A stretch of 63,949 nt of DNA, the filler included, from Perkinsus chesapeaki ATCC PRA-425 (taxonomy: Eukaryota > Protista > Perkinsozoa): assembly GCA_013115145.1 (NCBI GenBank). It is 12 parts of 12 records of this genome, joined end to end, with 100 filler letters (N's around TTAATTAATTAA, not from the genome) between each part and the next. Parts side by side here need not be neighbours in the genome. Positions count along the whole stretch, not along the records: positions 1 to 15,688 come from JAAPAO010000722.1; 11 more parts are not named here. One strand, given 5' to 3'. The translations under genes and the position numbers were made by a program. The notes beneath the pieces are model-generated. The model worked only from the letters and a program-made list of their open reading frames with translations, had not been told where the DNA came from and ran no database searches. Every line of letters starts with the position of its first letter. Positions within the stretch are counted from its first letter, which is position 1. Below are positions 1 through 10,613 of this stretch, piece by piece.

Positions 1-343
1 TGGATGCAAGTGTTAGAATAACCAAGCCCAGCATGTACAACAATGAAAAGCCCAGAATTGTGAAGTATACGCCGGCAAGGGTGTCCGCCAGAATGCCACC
101 CAGAAGCGGGGTTACATAAAGGATAGCATTGAAGATCGACACATATGAGTCAGCTTGGGTGTCCGCGTAGCCGAGATAATCCTTGAGAAAAAGTTGGAGA
201 TTCGGGGTAAGACCATAGAAGGCCAACCTTTCACAGAGCTCTTGCATTAGTATGAACACACAGGCCAGCCACAGCGGGTTTTCATAGTAGTGGTAAGTGT
301 TACCGGCGCGGTCTGTCCAGGAGAAGGGTCTAGCGTAAGCCAT
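1..343 (-). CDS. PTR2/POT-family proton-dependent oligopeptide transporter, N-terminal part (runs off the window)
   Basis: Manual translation from ATG at 343: MAYARPFSWTDRAGNTYHYYENPLWLACVFILMQELCERLAFYGLTPNLQLFLKDYLG...NAILYVTPLLGGILADTLAGVYFTILGFSLLYMLG. It has the POT ExxERxxxYG motif and the P-L-L-G-G-x-L-A-D motif. Confidence 0.9.
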   Translation of the reverse strand, partial: MAYARPFSWTDRAGNTYHYYENPLWLACVFILMQELCERLAFYGLTPNLQLFLKDYLGYADTQADSYVSIFNAILYVTPLLGGILADTLAGVYFTILGFSLLYMLGLVILTLAS

Positions 344-993
344 TATCACGTTAAATAAAGTCGGTGACGTGTAAACAATGAAAGGGAGCGGGCACGTATG
401 TACACATGTGTATGCGTGCTAGCCGCACCGTGCTTCTGAATTAGTTACGGTTGTGCTGTTCTCCATTGGTAATACCCGTTTTGGCTTGCGACTTCGTCGT
501 GTACTGTGATGGTTGTTTTGGCAATGAAGACGGGAAACAATGTTACGCGTGATCGGATCGTTCAAATCCCCGGTAGTGTTGCGACGGAGCGAAGTAACGC
601 ACGATCCATCATTTTCCCACCCGCATCTTAGAAATGGCGCTTGTTAAAATTGTAGCGCCTAAGATGTGATCTGGTGGCCCTGCCAGATACGGCCTTCGAA
701 CGGCTATTACTCCTTGACTAACATTGTGCTCCGGCGGATGAATCGGATAGAGCGCTGGACTTGAGCACCGGAATCCACAGCACCCCTCCGTGTTAGACCA
801 TTTTGAAATTCACGCAATTATTGTGGAAACAACACTCCTTGAAAATGAGGCATTGTAAATCTACACGAATAACGCCGGTGGAGCTCAAACCCGCACTCTC
901 CGGCTCCGGGAACTGGTACCACTCGCGCTACAATGTCTCTGATGCCGCCAAGAGAAGTTCGGTTACATTTCAGTTCCTGGGGCCCAACCTCCT

Positions 994-1155
994 GGGGACT
1001 TGATTGGGTTTCGAGCTCGAGGGGACTTGATTGGGTTTCGAGCTCGAGGGGACTTGATTGGGTTTCGAGCTCGAGAGGACTTGATTCGGCTCTGAGCTCG
1101 AGAGGACTTGATTTGGCTCTGAGCTCGAGAGGACTTGATTTGGCTCTGAGCTCGA
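994..1155. repeat. 27-bp tandem repeat, 6 copies (GGGGACTTGATTGGGTTTCGAGCTCGA x3, then GAGGACTTGATTYGGCTCTGAGCTCGA x3)
   Basis: Read directly from the sequence. The ORFs at 933-1247, 963-1259 and 970-1194 are translations of this array. Confidence 0.95.
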
Positions 1156-1357
1156 GGGGGCTCTACTGGGTGCGCTATCTCGGGGCGCAAACAACCAATG
1201 TTCACATCTATCTGGTCGCCTTCGCGCTCTCGGAATGGGAACTCTAGAGTAGACCTCATGCTGTTCCGCTGCTACCCATGAGCTGTCAGGGCATGAACGA
1301 GCCGTTTAGTGATTGCTCATGAAGCAGCACAAGTCGAGAGTGTCGGCCAATTACGCA

Positions 1358-1438
1358 GCTCTGGTGGCTCAATCGGAGCCAATATAGAGTGTTGGACTTT
1401 TAATCCAAAGGTTGCGGGTTGAAGTCCCGCCCAGAGTA
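1358..1438 (+). tRNA. tRNA-Lys(UUU)-like gene, probably a pseudogene
   Basis: Acceptor stem GCTCTGG/CCAGAGT; anticodon arm TTGGA-CTTTTAA-TCCAA; T arm GCGGG-TTGAAGT-CCCGC. It has a 7-nt D-loop insertion (AGCCAAT) and TTG instead of TTC in the T loop. Confidence 0.7.
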
Positions 1439-1521
1439 TTTATCGTAAGCCTTGGTCTCTAGTGAGTTATACTAACTGTCAGTTAGTAACTATAGCAGTA
1501 TAAGCAGGATCCTAACGTGTA

Positions 1522-1593
1522 TAACCCCGGCGGGACGTGAACCCGCAACCTTCGGCTCCGGAAACCGACGCGCTTCCATTGCGCCACGAGGTC
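1522..1593 (-). tRNA. tRNA-Arg(CCG)
   Basis: The reverse complement folds as a 72-nt cloverleaf: GACCTCG TG GCGC-AATGGAA-GCGC G TCGGT-TTCCGGA-GCCGA AGGTT GCGGG-TTCACGT-CCCGC CGGGGTT A. Confidence 0.8.
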
Positions 1594-1699
1594 TACTAAT
1601 AAATGTTAGGAGCCGATAGCCTATTGATGCCATCACTGCACGGGCTTCAGCAGGCGCATACATAGGCGTGTAACTCAGCTCGAACAGTGAAAGGACAAT

Positions 1700-2759
1700 T
1701 CGACGCGAAACCCCTCCAGGTCTCACAGGATAGACAGCAATGTCCTTGGGTCACTGACGTGCGGAACTTTCTCGGTCAGAGAGTTGAACCTGCAAGATGC
1801 ATATAAACACTATTATCCAGGGAACTTACAAATCATCAACGAACCAGTCCTCGAGTCTACTGTGAAGAAACGGCAACCTCGCCAACGCCGCGGCTGTCAG
1901 CCTTAAATCGGCGAAGGTCATCTTTGCTATGTTGTAACTGATCAGTTGATGTTTCTGACAAGCGCGCGATTTCCCTGTGATCACCCATTCGCGGTTTCCA
2001 CACCCTTATCAAAAGCCAATCGAATAAATGTCTCGGAGAGCTCTTTGAGAACTGGTGTGGCTTCCTTGCCACCCGATTTCTGCAAGGCCATCATTGCCAT
2101 TAAACAGGAAGTAACGTCGGTGCGCACCTAACAGGATATTATCCGGTCAATGACAAGGTAGGCTTTAAGAAGTCGAACGGTTCGACCTCCTGAAGCCAAC
2201 TACGGGTCCTTCCTTTGTTATACTATAACTCGAACCAATACATGCAAGCCTATATCCCATTATTTGTATCCTTTCTTTGTGGAACGAACTTCACATTGTA
2301 ATATTAACGAATTGAAATCCCATAAAAATCTACACTGCAGGCTCCTGTATAATCTACAGGATGCCTCCCATTATTTACGCTCCGAGTGATCCTGTCCGAA
2401 TCGCTCTAAGAAGTGCGGAACTCCCCGCAGACTCCCAAAAGTCTTCAGAAGTTTGGTGCAGTTTCCGGGACTATTTACGAAAATGTTGCCGTTCATGCCC
2501 CCTAAATATATACAGTCTCACCATTAATCGTTTCACAATCGCTGAGGTACCCTGTGTTCTGTCTCGATACCCCGCCTCAGCGAAAACCATTAAAACGGTC
2601 GCCAACTCGCGAGTCTTCAATTCGTCCACCAAGTGATGAACCTAACAACTGAATCACCTCCTTCGGTTAACATCAACCCACTTCGTTCGCTAAATTAGTC
2701 CACTTCTGCGTCGTGGCACCAATCTCGTGCGCTTTCTTCAGGCTCTGGAGTACTCGCAT
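1700..2759 (-). CDS. Multi-exon alpha-helical repeat protein (HPR/OPR/RAP-like), tentative
   Basis: GT-AG bounded exons translate as MRVLQSLKKAHEIGATTQKWTNLANE / VHHLVDELKTRELATVLMVFAEAGYRDRTQ / VRTDVTSCLMAMMALQKSGG / TFADLRLTAAALARLPFLH. These resemble 'xxELAxxLxAFA' helical repeat motifs. Confidence 0.4.
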
Positions 2760-3059
2760 AGATTGACTGAAAACCAGCAACTATATTAACGCATCAATTC
2801 TCCGATCATCTGTGACTTGTAACAAATGGGTATTTGAATGCGGTGTTTCGGATCTGCTACGCGATCGAATCCGATAATCCAATTGGGCTCGGATAATTTA
2901 TTTTCTTCCGGATGCGCGACGATCGTATATAAGAGTGTGCAAGTCGGAAACACGACCCGGAAGTCCTGTAGCTGAAGGAGTGAAGAATCAAAAGAATAGG
3001 CGAAGTGCTTACTCGGATTTGTCCTGTCCCGGAGCGGCGCGAAGAACCCTGAAAAAAAG

Positions 3060-3886
3060 AAGTTGACGCGTCACGAGAAACTAGATAGAGTTATTCCACA
3101 AATAGCAAATACCGATGTTAGCGCGTCATCGTCAATGTTAAAGTATCTACTGCATCTTCATCGGCCGAGTCCTAACAATCCCACCTACCTATCATATTTT
3201 TTGCCCCCAAAACTAATTCTCTCAAAGTTTTCCCCTCACGTTTCCACAGTCCAATGGATATATTCCTGAGTTTCACGCACCCAGAGATGCATAGAGGACT
3301 ATCAAATGTTCCCAGTGGGAGCATACTCCTTGTTTCACTAGGAGCAAATTTCCTGTCGAACTTTCTCGCATGCCTCTATACTGGTAAGACGTTCTTGTGG
3401 ACAGTTCTGGAATGTTTGTCGGCCTTCCTCAACTCGGCTCCGTAATTTCCTCGTATAGTGTACAGGAAATGCATTCTTTGATTCTAAGGGGAGGAAAATT
3501 CGAACAGAATTTCAGGAAATTTTCCCAAAATTTTCCTGTCCTGCCAACAACATATTCAGGCAACTGCATGGACATATTCCAACACGGCTCGACAGACACA
3601 TTCAATACAGCTTGTTTTTCTCGAGGAGCACACTCCCGTGAAGATGGACGAACTCCCTCACCTACCCGGCCTTTATTTCTTCTTCTTTTATCATGCCTAT
3701 TCGCCTCTCAGCCGCTGTACGTCTGAATTGTCACTACGCATGCCTACCGACAGCTATCTTACTTTTTCGGTCGCCTATTTTCGCCATCACCGTCTAACCC
3801 ACGTTCTCTCTTCTCTTTGTGATCCAATTGCTGCTCGGACAGGAGCTCTTGTTTACGAATTTGTCTCGGCAGTCTTCGGCGAATAA
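3060..3886 (+). CDS. Hypothetical multi-exon protein with hydrophobic segments
   Basis: Successive plus-strand open frames with splice-like boundaries (e.g. SILLVSLGANFLSNFLACLYTG|gtaag). No family recognised. Confidence 0.3.
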
Positions 3887-4383
3887 CCAACGGGTTCCGG
3901 TGAGGCCCGAGCTCTAACGCATCGAAGGCCGTCGAATCCAAGGCAAGAAAAAGCCTTCTTAACATGATTCAAATCACTAGGATGACTATCATTAAGCTGC
4001 TCATTCAATTTCGTATAAGATCATAAGTATAAGTAATATATATGTAGTAGTTACAGGGTAACACATTATGTCTGACACATAGCACTGTGCGTGGATCCCA
4101 GAGCTATTTAATTCTAAGCCACTACAAGTTAACACCGTTCGAAGTCAACTATACGTCAGCGACCCTCACTAGTATACCATCTCATTACGAGACCTGCAGT
4201 GCCGTCGCAAAACTTCTATCCCTCGTCACGCATAAAACACATTAAGCAACTGACAATGAACGAGGTGACCATTATCCAGGACGATACTTTCCCCATTTCC
4301 GTATGAAATCGAAGTTAACTACCACTCATTCACTGGATTTTCATTCAATATTAAACCATTCGGTTGGTGGCGGATTTCACCGT

Positions 4384-4517
4384 CATCTACAACTTAAATC
4401 CCTGCCTAATTGAAACAACACCCAAGGCACTTCACAGAAACAATAAAAACTACTTAAACACTCTGGTTCTCCCACAACACCCACATTCATGTAACATTCT
4501 GTGCGGCTACACCAGCA
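4384..4517 (-). pseudogene. Diverged duplicate of the 3' end of the aspartokinase gene (10614-10737)
   Basis: ACACCCAAGGCACTTCACAGAAACAATAAAAACTACTTAAACACTCTGGTTCTCCCACAACACCCACATTCATGTAA...GCGGCTACACCAGCA aligns with 10641-10735, with an 8-nt insertion. Confidence 0.75.
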
Positions 4518-6121
4518 CTGGCCGCTGTGCTGTTCTGGAACGAAAAGGGTGTACAATTGACTTTTTAGCAAGTTAAGTACTCTTAGCATGATTACATGAG
4601 TGTCTTAGTTCGTTTCCAAAACCTTATATTGCGACCGAGTCGTTGAATAGGAAGGTTAGTCAGCACATATTCCAGTTTAATTTGGCATGTTTGACACGGG
4701 CGAAAAAACTCACTCGCCCATATTGACACCAGCTTGCATGAAACGGCCGAGAAATTCTGTGGCAATGAATGTAATAAAACTAAGCATGACATAATCCGAT
4801 TTCACGGCTTAACCCGCTCTATTTATCGAGTACCGATAATTTTAGATTATATTCCAAATTAATTTGGAGTGCTGCATACTCAGATATGTAGGGAGAGTGC
4901 TGCTGAAATACCCCGTGATCGGGGCTCGGTCATTGGCCTGGGGCGGAGGAGATTTCCTGGCTGGTACCCAAATCATATGCACGGGCCACATGTCTGCAGC
5001 TATTGATTAGAGTACCTTCTAAAACTCTGAATCTAACTTGTTTCGCCTTAGTGCCCAAAGTACCCGGTAGAGAATCTCTACTAGAGATGGTCACATCACG
5101 GCGATTGTGTGTACATACACGTCCTCGAGCGTGCTATACATGAATCCTGCAGAGAATCTATATGGGGTATATGCAGTACTCCAGCGAGGAATACTGCAAA
5201 GGATCGACTGCAAAGAGTCTGTACTAGAGATACTTTGCAGGATATGGGTTCGCACCCAGTGATCCTTGACAGCCTTGGCCAGTCGACTACTCGCCGAGTA
5301 CTAATCGGCCAAGAGGCGCTGCAGAGGTTCGGCGAGTTAGGAGCTGTTGGGAAGGAGGAGCCTTCCTCATTTCCTGCATAGTAGAAGCGGTTGCATAAAG
5401 TAGTTGCCCGATGTAACTCGTTTGAAGTCCAAGATTTTACGCCAGAGCTAAGACGCACAAGAGCCAGAGCATGTTTCTCGGCCTAGTCTAACGGGGTTTC
5501 CTGAATGGCATCGAAGGTTGGATTTACGAGATTGTGACTTTGCCAGCCTAAGCATCATATGAAATATAGTGTCCGCCCAAGGTATGCTATTGAAAAGTTG
5601 GCATGAAAAAAATTGGTAAATGCGCGGTCTCCGCGGAGACTCTCCGCGCCTTGTTAGGGGATCCGTCCATACTAGACTAGTGACAGGGGACAAACACTAA
5701 TGCTGCTCTTATATATGTGCTATAACAGCTCAACCGTTCTATAATCGATCAAACTATGGACGCCGGCGCAATATACTGTACATTGCGCCGACGTGTACAT
5801 AATGTACACTGGCAGGGAGCTCTGAGGAATCCTTACACGCCTGCATCCGTTTGGTGACAAAACTTTCCACTCACTCGGATTCGAGTGGTTGCTCAGTGAA
5901 ACGATATACCACTTACAGGCTGCAAGTTTCAGCTGCTGGCTGCTGGCATTTACACATACGCTTGAAGTTTGTCCACCACACAGTGTTGCACTATCGACAC
6001 TGCCATGTTGACCTAGTCAATTTGACCATTTAATTTTCGCATACGTACTTCCTAGTCAGATCCTATTTTAACCAGAGTTCCCTCGTCATATTAATAGGTT
6101 TACCAACGAACCCAACCCGCA

Positions 6122-6143
6122 CTTGAGCCAAGATGGCTACGGA
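6122..6143 (-). other. Spliced-leader (SL) sequence relict, TCCGTAGCCATCTTGGCTCAAG
   Basis: Matches the 22-nt Perkinsus/dinoflagellate SL (DCCGTAGCCATYTTGGCTCAAG). It is followed by TG rather than the GT donor expected in an SL RNA gene. Confidence 0.9.
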
Positions 6144-7329
6144 GTAGACACTAACAGAACCTCACACTGTGAGGCTCACAGTATCCAACTTAATCGCACA
6201 ACCAACATGCTTATGTCACCGCACCAAAGAAGTGTGATAATTTATTTGTGTGATCTGTCCTTCTGCGCGTATCTTCCTAAGACCTTTTAGCTGCGGTGAC
6301 ATAAGTCTGTTTAAAGAGGTGTACGCATGCGCTTATTGCGCCGCAACGGTCTATCAACAATCAACGAACGACATGATAAGTGAACAAGGACAGAGCAAGA
6401 CTAGAGATACCACTATGGGCATCATCCCACTCAACATCAGCATGACCAGAGGCACGAACTGCGACCACTTTACTCTTATAATATCGCTTCTGTGGTCTCT
6501 TGCGATTCGGGACAACAACATCAGTGATGTTGTCCCGAAAATGAGGATGTTACATCACATAGTACACGCAGACGCATTATCGACTCAGCTTAGGTGTGCA
6601 TTAGCATATGGATCTGCACTGCAGACTCTGTAGTACAATCATATGCTGATCTAGTCCAAAAAGGGAAGCCAATGGCGCCGCGCCATCAAGTTGTAAATTA
6701 CTTGTTTGGAACTTACTGCAGCACACGTCGCAGCGACAATTCTGCTCGGTATCTAGCTAGTAGTTGGTAGTTGATTAGTAACTAACTGCCAGTAGTCAAT
6801 AGAGTCTTTTGAATAGACCACTTGTGATTCACAAGTTGTGAACTGGTGCGGAGCCATCACTGAGGACTTTGTATTTGTATTTCAGTGCTATACGTCGAAT
6901 GGGCCGTACCATCCAGGCTGCGATGCTACTTCAACCAATTTGCTGCGTTTGTGCCCTCGAACTTCGAGGGCACAAACCTTCGAGGCTCGAAGGTCCCAAC
7001 AATCAGACAAGGTCTTCAAACGGGTAGTCATGATCCTTATAAATGCAGCCTTTCAGACGTCTGCGCTCTCTGGGCTATTAGGGCTATGTGAGTCACATAC
7101 AGGCTTTGTGTGTCTAGGTATCCACCTGTGAGGTACCCACAACATCTGCAAGCTGGCTGGATCAGGAAAAGTTTCACCTCCATCGTGGACCACTCAAAAG
7201 TTAAGTTGGAGTCTAACTGTTAGACCATAACTCTTAAGCTATGGGGACTAAATGAGATATTTGAAAGAGAGTCTTTCACAAGAAACATTGTCAAGAGTAC
7301 AAGTATTGTATAATTAGAGTAGGCGAATT

Positions 7330-9367
7330 ATGGATATTTTAGCAATGCCATTTGCAAGTCTCGTTGTTGCTCTTAATATTAAACTGATGAATATGCTACG
7401 GTACATACATGACGCATGTATAACGATGGACTATGTCTTCTCCCGCCGAGTAGTAGGCAGACATTTCAGGTCAAGAAGCAGGAACTTTTGCGCAGTACTA
7501 TGAGGAAGACAATCAGTACTATAATCCGAGGAAGCCGGTACGAAATACCTCAGTTGTCGCTGCAGCCAACCTAGGCCCCCGAAATTCGGGGCCCGAAAAT
7601 GAGACAATCAGATCTTACCTGCCTTAGATATTATTCCTGGAGGTCAATCCGTTAGTCCCGCTTGGAAGCTCCGCCGTATATGAGATGATAGACGCTGCGA
7701 GGCAGATTGGGGCTAGTATGGTTTTGCTGGAGCAAAGGTATTTCATCAACTCACCCTGCAAGGAGGTGCCACTTCGCAGATATATGGGCAGAAGTTTGCC
7801 CACCCGAGAGTTCTCTGTCGCAACGCTGAAAGAGCTGTTCACAGTTCCTCAATCGGTCCAGGATGTTGTGCATTTTTGTAGGAAGATGAAAGAGAAAGTA
7901 CCGGGAATCAAGATTATACTATTTGGATGCAGCAATGGTGGAGTAACCGCTTAGTTGCAACTTCTGCAGATAGTGTTGAGCATTTTGCATCTCAGATGAT
8001 TGCAGCGCTGGCTCGAAAGTACTACTCTGAATTCGTCGATGGAGCCATCGTGTCTTCAGCCGCACTCAGGATTCAATTGGAATATGAGAAGTATGAACGA
8101 ATGCTAAATCCGCTTGAGTCTTTCATGCGAATTCCACTGATGGCACCCTCCGACAGAGGGCCTCTCTTCCCTTCCAGCAAGTGGTATAGCTGTTCGTAAG
8201 GTACGCCGAGGTCCTGGGTGGAGATTTTTCGAATCCAGCATTAGGAGGGAGTGATAAATGTCTAGCAGTGGTGAGTAAGCAGTTCTCCCGTCTGCTTACA
8301 GTTTCGTGGTAGTTGAGGGATGCACATACGGCATTTGGCGAGAAACTAGGCTCACCGGAAGGGCGCCGACTACTTGAGAGGATATTCGGCTTATGCGATG
8401 GAGACTTGGAAGGCTGGCAACTCGAAACAGCCTTGTGAGCTCTCCGACTACTTTAAAGCGCAAAAGGGTGGCCATTGCTTTAGCACCCTCTACGGCGACT
8501 CCACTGGCGAGGATTTAGAATACAATGACCCGCAATGTGAGGGTGACTATTGCAATATCCAAAAAATCTGCTCGAAGCTGGCAAATGAAAAGTAGGTTCA
8601 AGCATGGCTACTAACTAGCCAGCTTTTATGCAGGAAACCTCCTCTGGATATGTTGGCTGATATCTACAAGGCCAATAGTTCTCCTGGATCGTGCTTGGCA
8701 GTTCAACTCCAGCAATACGTTAGCATGTGGGTACAAGATCTGAAATCCTCCCGTGACGCTCGTCCAGATTGAAGGACATAATGAACTCCGGTACCGACAG
8801 GATGAATGATTTCCATGTTTGCACTACCAGAGGGCTTTTCGGGACCTGCAGTCACGTGACCTGCCCTTTCTTCACGGGACATGACCGTGACTGGTTCGAT
8901 TATCTGACTTGGTTATGTGAAGTGGGATTTGGATTATCCATTGAAGAGGTCGGCTGTGTTAATTAAATCTCCTTTACGACTCCCTAAGCGTCAAGATACT
9001 GGAAGGCATCGAAGGGTTCAAAGCATATGTTGGTGACTTCCGCACAACCAAAAATATATTATCGATTAATGGTGATGCTGATCCATGGTATCCATCCTCT
9101 ATATTTAAAGAAGGAGAGGGCCCTGAAGTAGAGATGGTGAGAAACCAATGGATTCGAGCTGTCGACAGCTGGTGCTTTTGTAAACAGGTAAATGGTGCCT
9201 CACATTGCTATTGGTGCAGTGCGGACAACGAGTGAGTCTGATTGTCGGAGTGAATCGGTGCCTGAATTTTTGCATCGCTGAATTGTTCAACATTGAGTGA
9301 ACTTAAATCCTTGATCAGGAAAGTCTTCAAGAGGGTACGCCAAGTTCTCCAGAAATGGCTCAAATAG
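7330..9367 (+). CDS. Serine carboxypeptidase S28 family peptidase (prolylcarboxypeptidase-like), multi-exon
   Basis: Motifs: TFAQYY; ARQIGASMVLLEQRYF (LEHRYY-like); FTVPQSVQDV; nucleophile FGCSNGG|MIAALARKYY; GAIVSSAA; catalytic Asp in NILSINGDADPW (~9065-9090); catalytic His in VNGASHC (~9190-9208). It ends RQVLQKWLK* at 9367. The 5' end is approximate. Confidence 0.85.
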
Positions 9368-9369
9368 CA

Positions 9370-9889
9370 AGAAGAATCCTTGTCTTCCCTCAAGCGCTCA
9401 TCGCGCTCTCTTAGATATAAGAAGTCTTGTTGATTTCATTTATACAACAGAATGACTTGAGGTAGCCCGGAACGCGTTGCCGAAGTGTTTTATGCGGCTT
9501 TGTTGCAGCATCGCTCCGCCGCCAGAGGCATTTTCAGAATAAAAGGATTTGAGTTTGTGTAAATACTAACCCAACCCGATGTTGGTTTACCGAAGGCTAA
9601 CCAGGCGCCGTATCGAAGGGCGCAACGCCAGTATATGAGACGCTTGTCATACGCCAGATCTACCTGTTTGAAACAGGCTGTTTTCACAATGTGGGGGGGG
9701 GTTTTCTGGTGGACCACCAGTGGTGGTTGAGTGATCTGGGGGATGAACAATTTCACAATCCTGCAGAAGATAAAACTGAATCGGAGTGTGATAGGCTATC
9801 ACTGATAGCTGAGGAACAGCCTCACCGCAAAAAGGCCTGATCCGCCTCGTAAAATACTGTACGACTCGCACTCTTCGCCGGTGAATCAT
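9370..9889 (-). CDS. Small hypothetical spliced gene, convergent with the S28 peptidase
   Basis: Minus-strand frames MIHRRRVRVVQYFTRRIRPF..., LIYWRCALRYGAWLAF and QQDFLYLRERDERLREDKD look coding. No family recognised. Confidence 0.25.
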
Positions 9890-10613
9890 ATTTCTGTTTG
9901 AACAATGCCCTAGTGTCCCTCCGGAAGGAGAAGGGGCCCTTCCTTGATCTACCCGGCATTGTTACTCTTCTTTAATCATTGTTATTGGCCTCTCAGTTGG
10001 TGTATACATCTGAAATAACAACACTATAACTGAGTTGCAAAACGGCTTGGCGAGAGAATCTCGCTCGCCCAGTTTTTCGAAACGAATGACGAAACGGTCA
10101 TGTCATGACCGACACAACATCAGAAGCATTTCGTTCAATTTCGTTGTCATACTCAATTTTCCCAACTTAAAGTGTTGTCATCATGATGTGCTCCAAGTTT
10201 CATGTTCTCACTCTTGAATTTGAGAAAGTCATGCCAATAAAGGCATCTGCACAACGATCTGGTTAGCACTGTAGTCAACTAGGGAATCCCTAGTAAGGAT
10301 ACTGCTGTGCTATCAGCATCTAAGCTTAGTAATACCAAGACGTGTGGAGTAAAGTATGAAGACCACAGGACCTCAAATGTTTAATACTAGCAGCCAACAT
10401 CTCCACTCACTATTCTAGATTTAGTCTGTCTTGACTCCCGCTCGGCATGCCGCTACGGTACTTATTCGAATGATACTCTTCTACTCATGCTCGCTCCACC
10501 CAATTTACATTAACTGCGGCCACGTTACTGGACTTGCACGTGGTAATGAAGTTTCGTAATGGGACCATTCGTTCGGTAAAGGAATCCTATAATGGAATTT
10601 CACCTTCATCTAC

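Noticed and set aside
994-1155. 27-, 31- and 52-bp repeat arrays as possible CRISPR arrays
   Set aside because: The units are directly adjacent with no unique spacers, there are no cas genes, and the context is eukaryotic.
9105-9393. Minus-strand ORFs with CPHC...HHL, resembling a LINE C-terminal zinc knuckle
   Set aside because: They are the antisense shadow of the S28 peptidase exons that carry the catalytic DPW and GASHC motifs on the plus strand.
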